Source: Eledone cirrhosa
Taxonomy: Eukaryota
Reading direction: 5' to 3'
Length of the DNA stretch: 64,000 nt
Assembly: GCA_964016885.1 (NCBI GenBank)
Contig: OZ024745.1
Location: 74,400,001-74,464,000 of the forward strand
Shown here: positions 27,683 to 39,177 of the stretch, in pieces
How the letters are laid out: each line of letters begins with the position of its first letter
How positions within the stretch are numbered: position 1 is the first letter of the stretch
Position numbers and translations under genes: made by a program
Notes under the pieces: model-generated
What the model saw: only the letters and a program-made list of their open reading frames with translations
Told to the model about the DNA's origin: nothing
Database searches by the model: none

Positions 27683-27736
27683 TAATGCTCCGATGAATCC
27701 AAACGAGAGTTTGGAAGAAACGATTGTCAGCTATTA
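27683..27736 (+). ncRNA. Minimal type I hammerhead ribozyme
   Basis: taatgct-CCGATGA-atccaaac gaga gtttggaa-GAAAC gatt GTC-agctatta; predicted cleavage after C27728. Confidence 0.75.
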
Positions 27737-27798
27737 AATGATTTGAACACAACTTTGATAATTATATAATTTATATATATATATATGTGGGGGGGGTA

Positions 27799-27837
<39 letters not shown>

Positions 27838-28121
27838 ATGTGTGTGTGTGTGTGTATTCTGGCAGAATATACATATATGAGTTGATGATTAGTGATTCGG
27901 ACGATTTCTCTACAAAGGAATTAAATGTTACTTCCTATGTAGTTGAATGAAACATATGTAAATCAATTAAATAAGGTATTAGTGTATTGAGCCTTGGGGA
28001 TTATTATTTTTTGTGTATATATATATAAATAACGAAGGAAATGTGGTAAGGAACCAGGTGGACCATAACGCACCAAAGTACTCAATACTTAGGGTAGTAG
28101 AGTGGGTAATAGGAACGAGTA

Positions 28122-28225
28122 GGACGCCGACGGCTGAGCTCAAGCCGTTTCGACGGCTAATTCTGGACTAAATGAAAATTTTTATCCTGGTATATGAATA
28201 GCCGAGCTTCTCAGGGGGTAATTCC
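28122..28225 (-). ncRNA. Type I hammerhead-like ribozyme with variant core in the 3' pLTR
   Basis: Reverse complement of 30648-30751. Confidence 0.65.
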
Positions 28226-29296
28226 ATATATGGTAAAAGTGATTGTCACAAGGATTGGTCAAAAGTTTGTTGTTGAGACACATAATTCTATCATGGCAAT
28301 TTGTGGAAGGAAGGGGTAGCTGAACCTGCCAGTAGAAAAAAGAGGGAGAGGGAGTCGAGGAAACCCAGTCGTGCGTTGATAGTGCCAACTACAGCAGGGC
28401 AGGAGGTCAAGCAAGTATACTAGGGAGGGGGAGGAAGTCGAAACAAAAAGTAAATCAATATGGAGTAAATATATAGAAGAATACCAAGAATGTTAAAAAT
28501 ATTTAAAAAAAACAATTTCTGGTTACTATTTCCTAACGACAGTCATCAATTCTCTCACTGGTACTGCTAAACTATAGAAAAGTTTACTAGGTGGGACGGA
28601 ATTGTAAAGAGACCAATTTAAGAGTTAGTAGTAATCAACCAAGTATATCTTATGGTGACAGGTCAACAAGTGGGGGGGCCACAATACTAAAGAAACTACC
28701 ACGAAATAATAATTCAGAGTCCCGAAACTAATACGAAATAATTGCCTCCACCCTAGGCACAAGGCCAGCAACTACCCAGTGCAAAAAATAAACTAATACG
28801 AAATAATAATTCAGAATCCCGAAAATGAATACTAATACTATCTCTAAGGGTGCCGCTACGATACAAAAATTCTAGTGCAAACTACATAAATGCTCGTACG
28901 AGGTATATGAAAAATTTGATACGGAAAATTAATTCAGAATCACCCCCCCCCCCCCCCCCCCCCCTCCAAAAAAATACTGATATACGAGAAATTAAAGCAG
29001 TGATACCACTAAGAAATGTAGAAAGCACGGAAATGGGGCAGCCATCGGATAAGAAAGCAAGTATCTGGGGTCTATCACATCTGCTATAAAAAGCCGAGTC
29101 GGCCAATTCTATCATAGAATAGGGGATGGGGGGTGGGGGTACTGAGGCTACAAAGGACCGAGGGGCTACCTCGGGTGGGCGAGAAAATGAAAAGGACGAC
29201 GTCAAAGAAGGAGGACTGGGGAGGAAGGACTAGGAAGGGATGGGGTGAAGAAGCAAATATAGAGGAAACGATAAAAAGATATGAAAGATCTTACGT

Positions 29297-30361
29297 CTAC
29301 CTTTGCAAGCAGGGGTTACCCATTACAAAGTCGGCAAGTGGGGTGTTACAGCCCTTGTCTAAACCCCCCCCCCCCGGGTCATTATGGGGTTTGAGGGCGA
29401 GGTAAGTCCTACGCAATCTGTGTTTGCATGCAGTTACCAGTTCGTCTTTCTTGTTTAGGAGTTGGTCCGTCGAAAACAGCATTTGTAAAGTTTCCTCCGA
29501 GCATAAATTGCACGGACGGCGTCCTCCCGTGTAAGAGTTGGCTCTGGACAGTAAGCTCCAAGTGAGATCATAGGTGATATTGTTGTCTTTGAGGTCCCAG
29601 ATGTGGCCCAAAAGTGTGGTGGCGTGATGCCGGGCCGGGTTTCGGAAAGTATGTCTGTGTTGGTATAGTCGGGTCTTGAAGTAACATGCGGTTAATCCTA
29701 TATAAGCTTTGTTGGAGGTGTCCGTCCTCACGTTGCACTGGTAGATCACATTACGATCTCTGCATCTGTTGTCGAGGGGGAAAATGGATCCATCAGGACA
29801 GTTGCGCCTCCTGGTCGGCTCTCCACTGCTATTTAGGTTATTTCTTCCATAGGGGTTGAGTTTTTTGTTGTTAGAGGAGACGATGTTTTGTGCAAAGTTT
29901 GGTTTGGTGCTGTAGGAGAGTTTGATGGTATTTTTGTTGATTATGTTGTGGTAGCGGTGTTGTAGTGGGAAGTGTTTTTCGATGAGCCTAAAGAAGATTT
30001 TCCCGATAGGAGTTGTCGCCTCGGCGTTGTGAGGGGGATTGAACCATGTTACATTGCGTGAGCGGCGGTGTCGCCTGCTGGTTCCGCTAATGGAAGCTGG
30101 ACAGTAGGATATTTCCTCCCGGAAACCACTCCGCTTGAGGGCCTGGTTGTAATAAGGCGCATGTTCCTCGAATATCTGCTCATTGGCGGACAAACGAGAT
30201 ATGCGGAGAGAGATGTTTTTAACCAGGTTATTGGTGATGTTCCTAGGATGGTTTGACCGGCGGTGGATGTAGTGCAGGTTGTCATTGGGTTTCCTGTATG
30301 GGTAGTACAGATCATTATCGAGGTCAAGGGTAACGTCCAGGAAGTTTACTCGGGTCAGGGA
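29297..30361 (-). CDS. PLE ORF remnant: RT C-terminus/thumb plus GIY-YIG endonuclease (open frame, no start codon)
   Basis: VNFLDVTLDL..YRKPND, WFNPP, IKLSYS, NVIYQC...AYIGLT...FKTRLYQH, CNLCSEE, LNKKDEL..CKH; the frame continues upstream of the listed 298-aa ORF. Confidence 0.9.
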   Translation of the reverse strand, partial: SLTRVNFLDVTLDLDNDLYYPYRKPNDNLHYIHRRSNHPRNITNNLVKNISLRISRLSANEQIFEEHAPYYNQALKRSGFREEISYCPASISGTSRRHRRSRNVTWFNPPHNAEATTPIGKIFFRLIEKHFPLQHRYHNIINKNTIKLSYSTKPNFAQNIVSSNNKKLNPYGRNNLNSSGEPTRRRNCPDGSIFPLDNRCRDRNVIYQCNVRTDTSNKAYIGLTACYFKTRLYQHRHTFRNPARHHATTLLGHIWDLKDNNITYDLTWSLLSRANSYTGGRRPCNLCSEETLQMLFSTDQLLNKKDELVTACKHRLRRTYLALKPHNDPGGGGLDKGCNTPLADFVMGNPCLQR

Positions 30362-30647
30362 CGTTTTTTATATTTTTAACATTCTTGGTACTCTTCTATA
30401 TATTTACTCCATATTGATTTACTTTTTGTTTCGACTTCCTCCCCCCTCCCTAGTATACTTGCTTGACCTCCTGCCCTGCTGTAGTTGGCACTATCAACGC
30501 ACGACTGGGATTCCCCCACTCCCTCTCCCTCTTTCTTCTACTGGCAGGTTCAGCTACCCCTTCCTTCCACAAATTGCCATGATAGAATTATGTGTCTCAA
30601 CAACAAACTTTTGACCAATCCTTGTGACAATCACTTTTACCATATAT

Positions 30648-30751
30648 GGAATTACCCCCTGAGAAGCTCGGCTATTCATATACCAGGATAAAAATTTTCA
30701 TTTAGTCCAGAATTAGCCGTCGAAACGGCTTGAGCTCAGCCGTCGGCGTCC
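30648..30751 (+). ncRNA. Type I hammerhead-like ribozyme with variant core in the inverted pLTR
   Basis: acccc-CTGAGAA-G..cggcta...tagccg.C-GAAA-cggct tgagctc agcc-GTC-ggcgt; predicted cleavage after C30744. Confidence 0.65.
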
Positions 30752-30757
30752 TATTCG

Positions 30758-30829
<72 letters not shown>

Positions 30830-31194
30830 TCCACACTGTAAATGTGGTTGGTGTTAGGGAGGGCATCCAGCCGTAGAAAACCTGCCAGAAACAGTTCTGT
30901 ACGAGCGAGACGCGGTCTCCCGACCAATCTCACCTCAAATGGGACAAAGCTGTCCAACCCATGTTAGGGTGGAAGCTGGACGTTAAATGGTGATGATGAT
31001 GATATTGTGTGTGGGAGAGAGAGATTATTGGGGGTTACAGGTTTAAATATCGAAGTGTGAATACATGCTTATGATTAAGTATGCAGTATTCGTTATTTGT
31101 ATGTTAATGCAATTGTGTCTTCAAATCAAACCATGTTTTCATTTATTTTAGTCAAGAGTCACCCCCACGCCCCAAACGCAGGACTAAGCTTTGT

Positions 31195-31370
31195 GTAATA
31201 GTACAGCCTGTGGTATTAGAGATGTTTGGGGGAGCTGTGTCGCTGACAACAAAGTTCTTATCATTGTTGGCTGCTCGCCTTACAGAGGTATCAGATGATG
31301 CCCACAATGGTTATTCCAGCGCTTTAGCCTGGCTATTTCTCGCACCAATGCTGCGAATGCTAACTTCCTT
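31195..31370 (+). mobile_element. CRE-clade 3' fragment
   Basis: VQPVVLEMFGG...KFLSLLAARLTEVSDD / WLFQRFSLAISRTNA. Confidence 0.7.
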
Positions 31371-32410
31371 AAAAAATTAATTAGAGAAAAGCTCCCAAGC
31401 CCTTTGTTGTGGTGTGCAGATCTCCTTTTTTCTTCCTTTTTAGTACTGCGTAGTCTTTGCATAGTCTTATTTATTACATAAATTGTATTTTTAATAATAA
31501 TTCTGATAATTGATAAAAAGGTAATAAAGTGCATCCTACAGATGACAGCTCCCAGTCAAATCTCCTTCACATCACATCTTTCTGTCTTAAAAGTCATTAA
31601 CTAATTAGAGTAGCTTCATTGTGGAGCCTTTTTTTTTTGTTTTTGCTTAATATAATAAGCAAAGATATCGCTTTAATAAGCAAAGATATCGCTTTTCAAC
31701 AAATTTGGACTAGTACCGTTTAACGTCTACATCAGAGAGACCTCAAATCTCAGACCTTAATAAGTTGTATGCAAACCAATTCTCTTATGTTGCATACTTC
31801 AGACAATTTTCTTTATCTTGGTCAACAAACACATATGTTCAATACACATGACTAATTATATCTCTGTCTGTTTAAAAGTATAAACAATAATATTAAAGAA
31901 GACTTTTTTTCTTGTCGAACATCTAACTATTTTCTTCCAATCGAAATTTTGAACACTGGACAATTCTTTTTCTCATTTGAATATTGGAAAACGTGTTTCA
32001 GCTGTATTTGAGTTAATTGTTCTACTTGTTTTAAATAACCAATCTTACTGCTGTATATTCATGAATGCCAATGTTACTTTTTCTCCATCACCTGGCCATG
32101 TTATGTTATTAGCGTAATTGGACCTTGTTGATCTTCAAAATCTTCAAAAATGTTTACATCTTTAGGGGTTTATATGCAAGATATTCTCGACTATTTTATA
32201 GTGAAACCTGCTTTGTAGCAGCTTCGTCAAACGATTGTTTCTTGGTTTATATATCCTGTTGAATGTAATAGCGACGCAGCCGTCCGGCATACAACAGATG
32301 CAAGTTCGATTCTTGCAGGCGACTCTGTCCATTTTGCCAACTCTGGAGGTTTATATGCCCAACTTGTTTGATTATCAACCTGCATTGTAGTAGCTTACAA
32401 TAAGCTAACA

Positions 32411-32797
32411 CACTCTCGGGTCTCGAATAACCACCCCCGCCGCTTGTTAATTTTTCAGACCTTCCCCCCATCATTATTAAATTTTGCTAATCTATCTCCT
32501 GCAAAATTTTATTTTAATTTTCTTTATACATCCTGCAAAATTTTATTTTAATTTTCTTTATACGTATAATGTGCTTTTAAAAAAAGCACATTATACGTGA
32601 TTAAAAAAAGTACATTACTAGAAATCCCATGTTATAAAATAGATAGGATGGGTTGGGGTCTCAATATGTAAATTAAACTAGTTCTGGTTTTTAAAAAGTC
32701 AACGGAGACAACCTAGAAAAATTATCGCTTCTCCACCCACCCCAGCCCACTTATCCCCCTACGCACACACTTCTTATTATTTGGGATCCGTGAGTAT
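32411..32797 (+). mobile_element. Full-length TA-type MITE (~385 bp)
   Basis: Ends cactctcgggtctcgaataa ... ttatttgggatccgtgagta form imperfect TIRs; at least 5 copies in the window. Confidence 0.7.
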
Positions 32798-33276
32798 TTT
32801 CGATATATTTTTTCTCTAATCAAAATCTGGTCCCACATCAAGTATTTCTATCTTCTCTCACTGTATTTACCTGTTATTGTATCCCATTGTTTTATCTCTA
32901 CTGTAAATCTCTATCTTTCTTCTTTCCACCTCTCCTCCTTTGAGCTATCTCTTTCACTCTTCTATCCATCCCCAAATTTCACTGTCTGCCCTCCTAACTG
33001 TTGAGTGATTGCTGCCTATCTCTCTCACTCTCCCTCCATATCCCCCCCCCCCTCTATTTTTCTCTCTCTTATCAAGAAAAAAAAACGAACACGTGACTTG
33101 CACTTGTATCTTTTAATGTTTTTACATTTTCTCAGTTACGTTATTTTATCTAAACAGTAGTGATAATCTATTTTAGGCGGCGGTTTGTATTTCTTAGTAA
33201 ATACATTATCTTTATCCATCCATATCTGATCAGTAGTATTGTCATCATATTGGTATAATGGGGTACAAATTATCAA

Positions 33277-33474
33277 ATTAGAGACAAACCTTTCCATTGC
33301 GAAATATGTGGGAAAGCTTTCACTGAAACTACTGGTCTTCTAGTTCACAAAAGAACACACATAAGAGAGAAACCCTTTCATGGTGAAATATGTGGGAAAT
33401 CTTTCTTTCAGAATTCTCGTATCCTTGGAATTGAACTATTGCACATAAGTTCAAGTATTCATTACAGGTATTAG
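33277..33474 (+). pseudogene. C2H2 zinc-finger fragment (one intact finger plus one broken finger)
   Basis: RDKPFHCEICGKAFTETTGLLVHKRTHIREKPFHGEICGKSFFQNS; in-frame stop upstream at 33256, no ATG. Confidence 0.85.
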
Positions 33475-33495
33475 TCTAGTACAATTAGTCTAACA

Positions 33496-33830
33496 GGCGG
33501 CGAATTGGCAGAGTCGTTAGAACGTCTGTTAGAATGCTTTGCGGTATTCTTTCTGGCTCTCCGCTCTCTGAGTTCGAATCCTCTGAAGTTAACTTTGCCT
33601 TTCATCCATTCGAGGTTGATAAAAAAAAAAGTGCCAGTCTAGTACTGGGGTCGATTCTTCCTCTATACCTCTTTCACACTTCCATTCTGTCACTCGCTCT
33701 ATCCTTCACTGGAAGAAATCTGCTGAATTCAAACCTAGAAAGGAGATGGGCTCCACCAGGTTTTAAAATGCCTTAGAAACGTTGTATGTCAACACGGCGC
33801 TCCTACGACTCCCCTAAGAGGTAAGGAACC
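33496..33830 (+). mobile_element. Full tRNA-headed Meta/MESC-like SINE, tail B
   Basis: ggcggcgaattggcagagtcgttag (A box), gagttcgaatcc (B box), core domain. Confidence 0.85.
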
Positions 33831-34477
33831 ATGCATACATTAGTCTTACATTTGTTGATGTTGAACAATCATTCTTTTTCTATTTGCATTATGTAATCTT
33901 CATTACACCCATTCCATTTAATAACATCAATTGAATTTCCTAATGCGCAACTAAAGTCATGTGGTAAATATTTGTCCTAATTTGAATCTATAAATTGCAC
34001 ATTCAATAAGATAAGTTAGTTAGTTAGAAGAATATCCAAGCTTTAAATTCAATAGCCTATCATTCGTAATACAAAGGTTCACTAAACCTCTGTTCTTTAT
34101 TTTCCGTGAGATGGTTTAAATATAGATGTTATCTCTTACGACACTGGGTAACTCTTTCACGGCACGAACCCGCTTTCAGTCGGTCTTAATTCTTAACACC
34201 CTGTCATGATTTTGCTGAAAATATCTTAAAAAGTGGGTTTGTAATCTAAATGCTTTATAGTGTCTTTACTAGTGGACAGATCGTTGTGAAAATTTGTATT
34301 AGAGTAAAACATTTAATTTTCAATGTAATCATTGAAAAACTAACGTAAAATGATGATGGTGTTATAATCCGATACCTACATTAAATGGTTTGTACTTCCA
34401 TGTGGTACAGGATGTTAAGAGTTAATTAGGATGTAACATAACACACACTGAAGTTGATTCTCTACAGATATTGCTTT

Positions 34478-34860
34478 TTCTTCTTCTTGTTGAGCGGATC
34501 GTTGAGGCAGAGTCCTCAAACACTCCTTCCAGTGGGTCCTGTCAGAAGCAACCGTATCCAACTGATCCGGCTTGATCCCCAAGCGAGACCAGCCAAGCTC
34601 ATAGATGTTTTCCAACCGTCTTGCTCGGGGTCTACCCCTCGGTTGGTTTTTGCTCGTAAAATCTGTCCAGCGATTCTTTCCTTAGACATTCTAACCACCT
34701 GCTCATAGTATCGAAGCTGTGGTCTCTCAATTTGGAAATGTAATGTATCTACCTGGAGTGACTCTGATCTCCGAGCTACACACTCTATCGAGTAACGTTA
34801 CTCCAAAGACTCTTCGGAGGAACCCCATTTCGGCCGCTTGTATTCGCAATTTTATTCAAT
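34478..34860 (-). mobile_element. 3' fragment of Rex3/Expander-like RTE LINE
   Basis: RIQAAEMGFLRRVFGVTLLDRVCSSEIR...VVRMSKERIA...DRTHWKECLRTLPQR. Confidence 0.85.
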
Positions 34861-34969
34861 GTGACCGAAAGAATATTAGTTATTGTTTTGCTTTTGTAGA
34901 TTTTGGCAAATCTGTAACAATTACTGGTTTTGTATGTAGAATTCATTCTGAAGGTGTGACGTTTCTTCG

Positions 34970-35160
34970 GGCTGTGGTTGGCAGTATCGGTAGAGGGTCG
35001 GACACCATGCTTTACAGCAAAGAGTTACGACCCTTTATGATCTGAGTTCAAATCCCGCCGAGGTTAACTTTGCCTTTCATCCTTACGGGGTCGATAAAAT
35101 AAAGTACCAGTAATACACTGGCATAATTGCTGGCCTTGTACCAAAAGTAGAAACAATTGT
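34970..35160 (+). mobile_element. Meta/MESC-like SINE, tail A
   Basis: Same unit as the 14.8-kb array. Confidence 0.85.
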
Positions 35161-37067
35161 ATATTTTTTCATAGTAGGTACTATCTTATAGTAAAGTTAT
35201 TGCGGTGTTTTTGTAATATGCAAAATCCGTAATGACTATAGTATTAACACCATTTGCTTTAATTATTATATCATTATTATTTTTAAGTAACGGGGTTATT
35301 TCCTATTCTTTACGGCTGGTATATTTATATAAAATGGTAGTTATATAATAACAGTTTTTGTGGGGGCGGAGTCTGCTTTTTGGTGAACTGTATTTTTCTT
35401 TCGTAGAATTGCTTCATCATTTTCTGTTAAGCGTGTTTTCTACAAAGGTCCGAAATATCGTGTTGATTCATTAAAATGAGTTTCACGGCGGATTTTAGTC
35501 ACTTTGATAGATCTTGAATCAATTGCGTTGACGTGTTTCCCCCACACACCCCTCCGATTAATTACTTTCAGTATCATATTTGGTTTGTACTATCGAGCAG
35601 AGCATCCCCATTTCCGTCGACTGAATCTAAAAGAAACAGAAACCCCCTCTTCTGTTTCGTTCCATTCAATTGGTATTTCTGTAAAGAGTCTGTCTACATT
35701 TTGAATTCATTTGATCTTCTGTAGTAACTTTATTCATTTCTGGGTCCAGCTCGTGGTTGGCGTGTAGCAGTAATTTGATACTCTCCCCAATAGAGTTTCT
35801 TTCACACTATCAAACGCTCTCCAAGAAGCTGACCTTTGTGATCTCATAAATAAGTTTCGAGTCACCAATATATCTGAGGTTTTGACATATCAAACAGCCA
35901 TCTGTTTATTCTCGAGTCTTGATAACCATGGAAGGAATACTCATAAATGGCCTTCTCCCAGAGTCAATTCCAGCAGTTCCAGAGTGCATATCGACTAGAC
36001 AAAATGTGGTGGTCAACTGCCTCACACACCGACCCATTTCGGTCTCTTTCTTTTTGCTCCTCTCTCTCTCTCGCTCGGCCAAGCCAGCGAAATTCATCCC
36101 ATCAACATAAGTTTGGCAAATACATTTTAAATAATACCTTTGCAAGCAAACCGGCATACACATCACGCAATTCAACTGTGGTTATTTGTTCTTCATGTGT
36201 GTTACCGTTTGCACATAGAATTGGCTGGTTCTATCTGTTTTCTTCATGAAATTTTTATTTGATTTCATAATCATTAAACTCACCATCACTCTTTTCCCCA
36301 TTTTTGTATTATTCGAGACCCAAGAATAGGTGGATTTTCATATAGTATATTTGAATATAATATCTTCTTATCTGTTGAAAATAAGTATTAGATCTTTTGA
36401 GAATGTTACCTGTGTTAGACTAGTGTACAAATCAATGAAACAATTATCTTATCAATGCCTTGGTATAAGAAATAAGTATGAACAAACAAATAAATACCTT
36501 GAAATATAGAAAACCGGAATGTGAGGATTGAAAACAAAAACAATCTTCAGAATAATGGGTATATTGTATGTAGTGTCCCTTAACTCCTAAGGGTGTTGAG
36601 ATGCGGCGTTTCTAGGGCATTTTTAAACCTGGCGAAGCACATTTCCTCTCCAAGTCAGATTTTTTCCAGAGAAGGATAGAAGGAGAGTGACAGAAAAGAA
36701 GTGTGAGAGAGATATAGAGTAAGTATTGATCCCAATACTAGACTGGTACCTTGAATAGATGAGGGGTAAAGTTGACCTCGGCGGGATATGAACTCGGGGA
36801 GCAGAGAGTCGAAACGAACACCGCAAAGCATTCTCTCCAACCTTCTAACGACTCTGCTAATTCACCGCCTAATAGGTATATTGGAGGCATTAAAGAAAAA
36901 TGAATAACGAAAATACATGACAAAACTATGAAGACATATAGTGTATGTTGATACAGAAAAATGAATTTGAAGACGTAGTTTGGGAAAGACAATAAAGCTC
37001 AAACTCCGAAATAAATTGAATGACTAAAATGGAAAGGTATGTGTTGGACAGAGAAATACCAACATTA

Positions 37068-37326
37068 GACTTTGCCTTTCATCCTTACGGGGTCGATAAA
37101 ATAAAGTACCAGTAATGCACTGAGTAATTGCTGGCCTTGTGCCTAAAGTAGAAACAATTATTATGGCGGTGGATTGGCAGTATCGGTTACGGCCCTTTAT
37201 GGTCTGAGTTCAAATCCCGCCGAGGTTAACTTTGCCTGTCATCCTTACGGGGGTCGATAAAATAAAGCACCAGTAATACATTAATTTAATTGCTGGCCTT
37301 GTGCCAAATGTAGAAACAATTATTAT
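37068..37326 (+). mobile_element. Tandem Meta/MESC-like SINE units
   Basis: Two head-to-tail units. Confidence 0.8.
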
Positions 37327-37922
37327 AGTGCTGGTAGAAACCAAGCCCAAAACAGTTCTGTATGATCAAGACATGATCATGTGACCTGGCTTATCTCACA
37401 ACAGGACAACTCGTCTAACCCATCATAGCGTAGAAAAATGGACGTTAAAGGTGATGATCACACACAAACAAACAAACAATTGTTCTTATGTTTGTTTTCC
37501 CCGTGCTTGAATGGGTTGGGCAGGCAGGTCGTTTTATAATTTGATAACAGACGAGTGCACGAATCATGATCTTTATTTTCGGCATCAAGGTTTGTTGTGG
37601 GTAGTAACTGCAGAAGTGAGACGTTTAATTTATTATTTATAGTTGTAAAAGGGTTGAATTACGTTGTGCTACCTAATTCTTCATAAACTCATTGTTCACT
37701 CAATTACATTAGTAAACCATTTCGGTTGATTGTATTTATCATGTGTCTTCTCTAATAACGTCCATGTGTCGACAGTATTCATTTATTGTTTCTCTAGCTG
37801 CAATAAATTCCGCATTTATAGATTATGTACACTGACAGCTGCAGCGGATGTGAATTTTATCACACTACTCCAGAAGGAAAGATGGAACGGAAGGCAGAGC
37901 AAATTCATTACCTTGACTGATA

Positions 37923-38015
<93 letters not shown>

Positions 38016-38086
38016 TTCTGATTTTTGCGTTTCGCTTCGCTTTTTCCTGCCCGCCGAAAATGCGATTCTCGCTGAATCTTTATTTG

Positions 38087-38131
<45 letters not shown>

Positions 38132-39177
38132 AGAGAGAGACTGGCATATATTTCTTCTTTTCTAAGATTGCATAGTCCGTCTGGAATTTTTGGGTATTAT
38201 GTAAATGAATTATAAAAAGTTTTTTGTGTATCGATTTTTAATTTATTTATTTTTCCGTGCTAATATATTTCTATTACTCTTCGTTTTGGGTGTTGGAACA
38301 ACGTAGTCAAATGGATATGGCATCAGACAATCTCTTGCCTCTGCCTAGGTCTTGGTTTCAAATCCATTGCCTCTATTTCGTAGTATATCGAGTTACACGA
38401 GATTAACTTGAAATGGTGCCTGCTACAGTCTGGTGATGAATATAACACCAGTATAGGAAGAATTGAGGCGGTGAATTGGCAGAGTCGTTAGAACGTCGGA
38501 TAGACTGCGTTGCGGTATTCGTTGTGGCTCTTTGTTCTCTGAGTTCAAATCCCACCGAGGTCAACTTTGCCTTTCATCCATTTGAAGTCGACAAAAAAGT
38601 ACCAGTCTAATACTGGATTCTTCCTCTTATATATCTTTCTCAATTTCATTCTCTCACACTCTATCCTTCTCTGGAAGAAATCTACTGTATTAAGATCTGG
38701 AGACATGGGTCCGCCAGGTTTTAAAATGCCCTAGAAACGTCGTATGTTAATACCGCGCCCTCCTTTGAAGTACTAACAGCAGGGCCTGATTTTTAAGCAG
38801 GATAAGGTATGGTTTAAACCATAGAATAATTTGTCTTATCTTAGGAACATGATTCAATGGCTGTAGAAATGTGTTTGAACTGGTAAATTCACACATTAAA
38901 CTTTATGTTCACTGTATTTCATCCCCTTCTGGAATTGTTTCGTTTCACTGTTATCATCAATACCATTTCAGTCAACGTCCTATGCTTATGAAGTGTTTGT
39001 ATCCATGTAGAAAAGAACAATCTGGAAATAATGTGCAGTGTTGTTAACTTACATTGTCGGTGACCCATGGGCAAAAGCGTTCCATCTGTGAACATCCTCT
39101 ATCTCGAAAAAAATTGTTTTCCGTTCCTTTCTCTTCTCAATCTCTATCATTCTATTTCATCTTTTATTTCTCATTCT

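Larger units (their letters stand above)
27040..27775. mobile_element. Short non-coding PLE-type insertion with a 107-bp inverted repeat (27181-27287 / 27666-27772) between TA tracts
   Basis: Arms are near-perfect reverse complements, each with a hammerhead; TA repeats on both sides. Confidence 0.75.
28030..30759 (-). mobile_element. 5'-truncated Penelope-like retroelement (probably Hydra clade) with inverted pseudo-LTR, inserted in (TA)n
   Basis: RT-thumb plus GIY-YIG ORF; ~390-bp inverted repeat 28114-28501 / 30370-30759 with only a handful of mismatches; TA repeats at both ends. Confidence 0.92.

Noticed and set aside
28182-28388. Duplicated 68-aa ORF MALSTHDW (also 30485-30691) as a small gene
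   Set aside because: Non-ATG start; the duplication is explained by the inverted pLTR, and I could not see the frame preserved in copy B
32230-32400. Minus-strand open stretch VDNQTSWAYKPPELAKW after an AG
   Set aside because: Poor polypyrimidine tract, ends in a stop, no recognisable homology
35700-36250. Relatively GC-rich stretch as a host exon
   Set aside because: No frame gave a recognisable domain or convincing splice sites; possibly a decayed LINE, but unsupported
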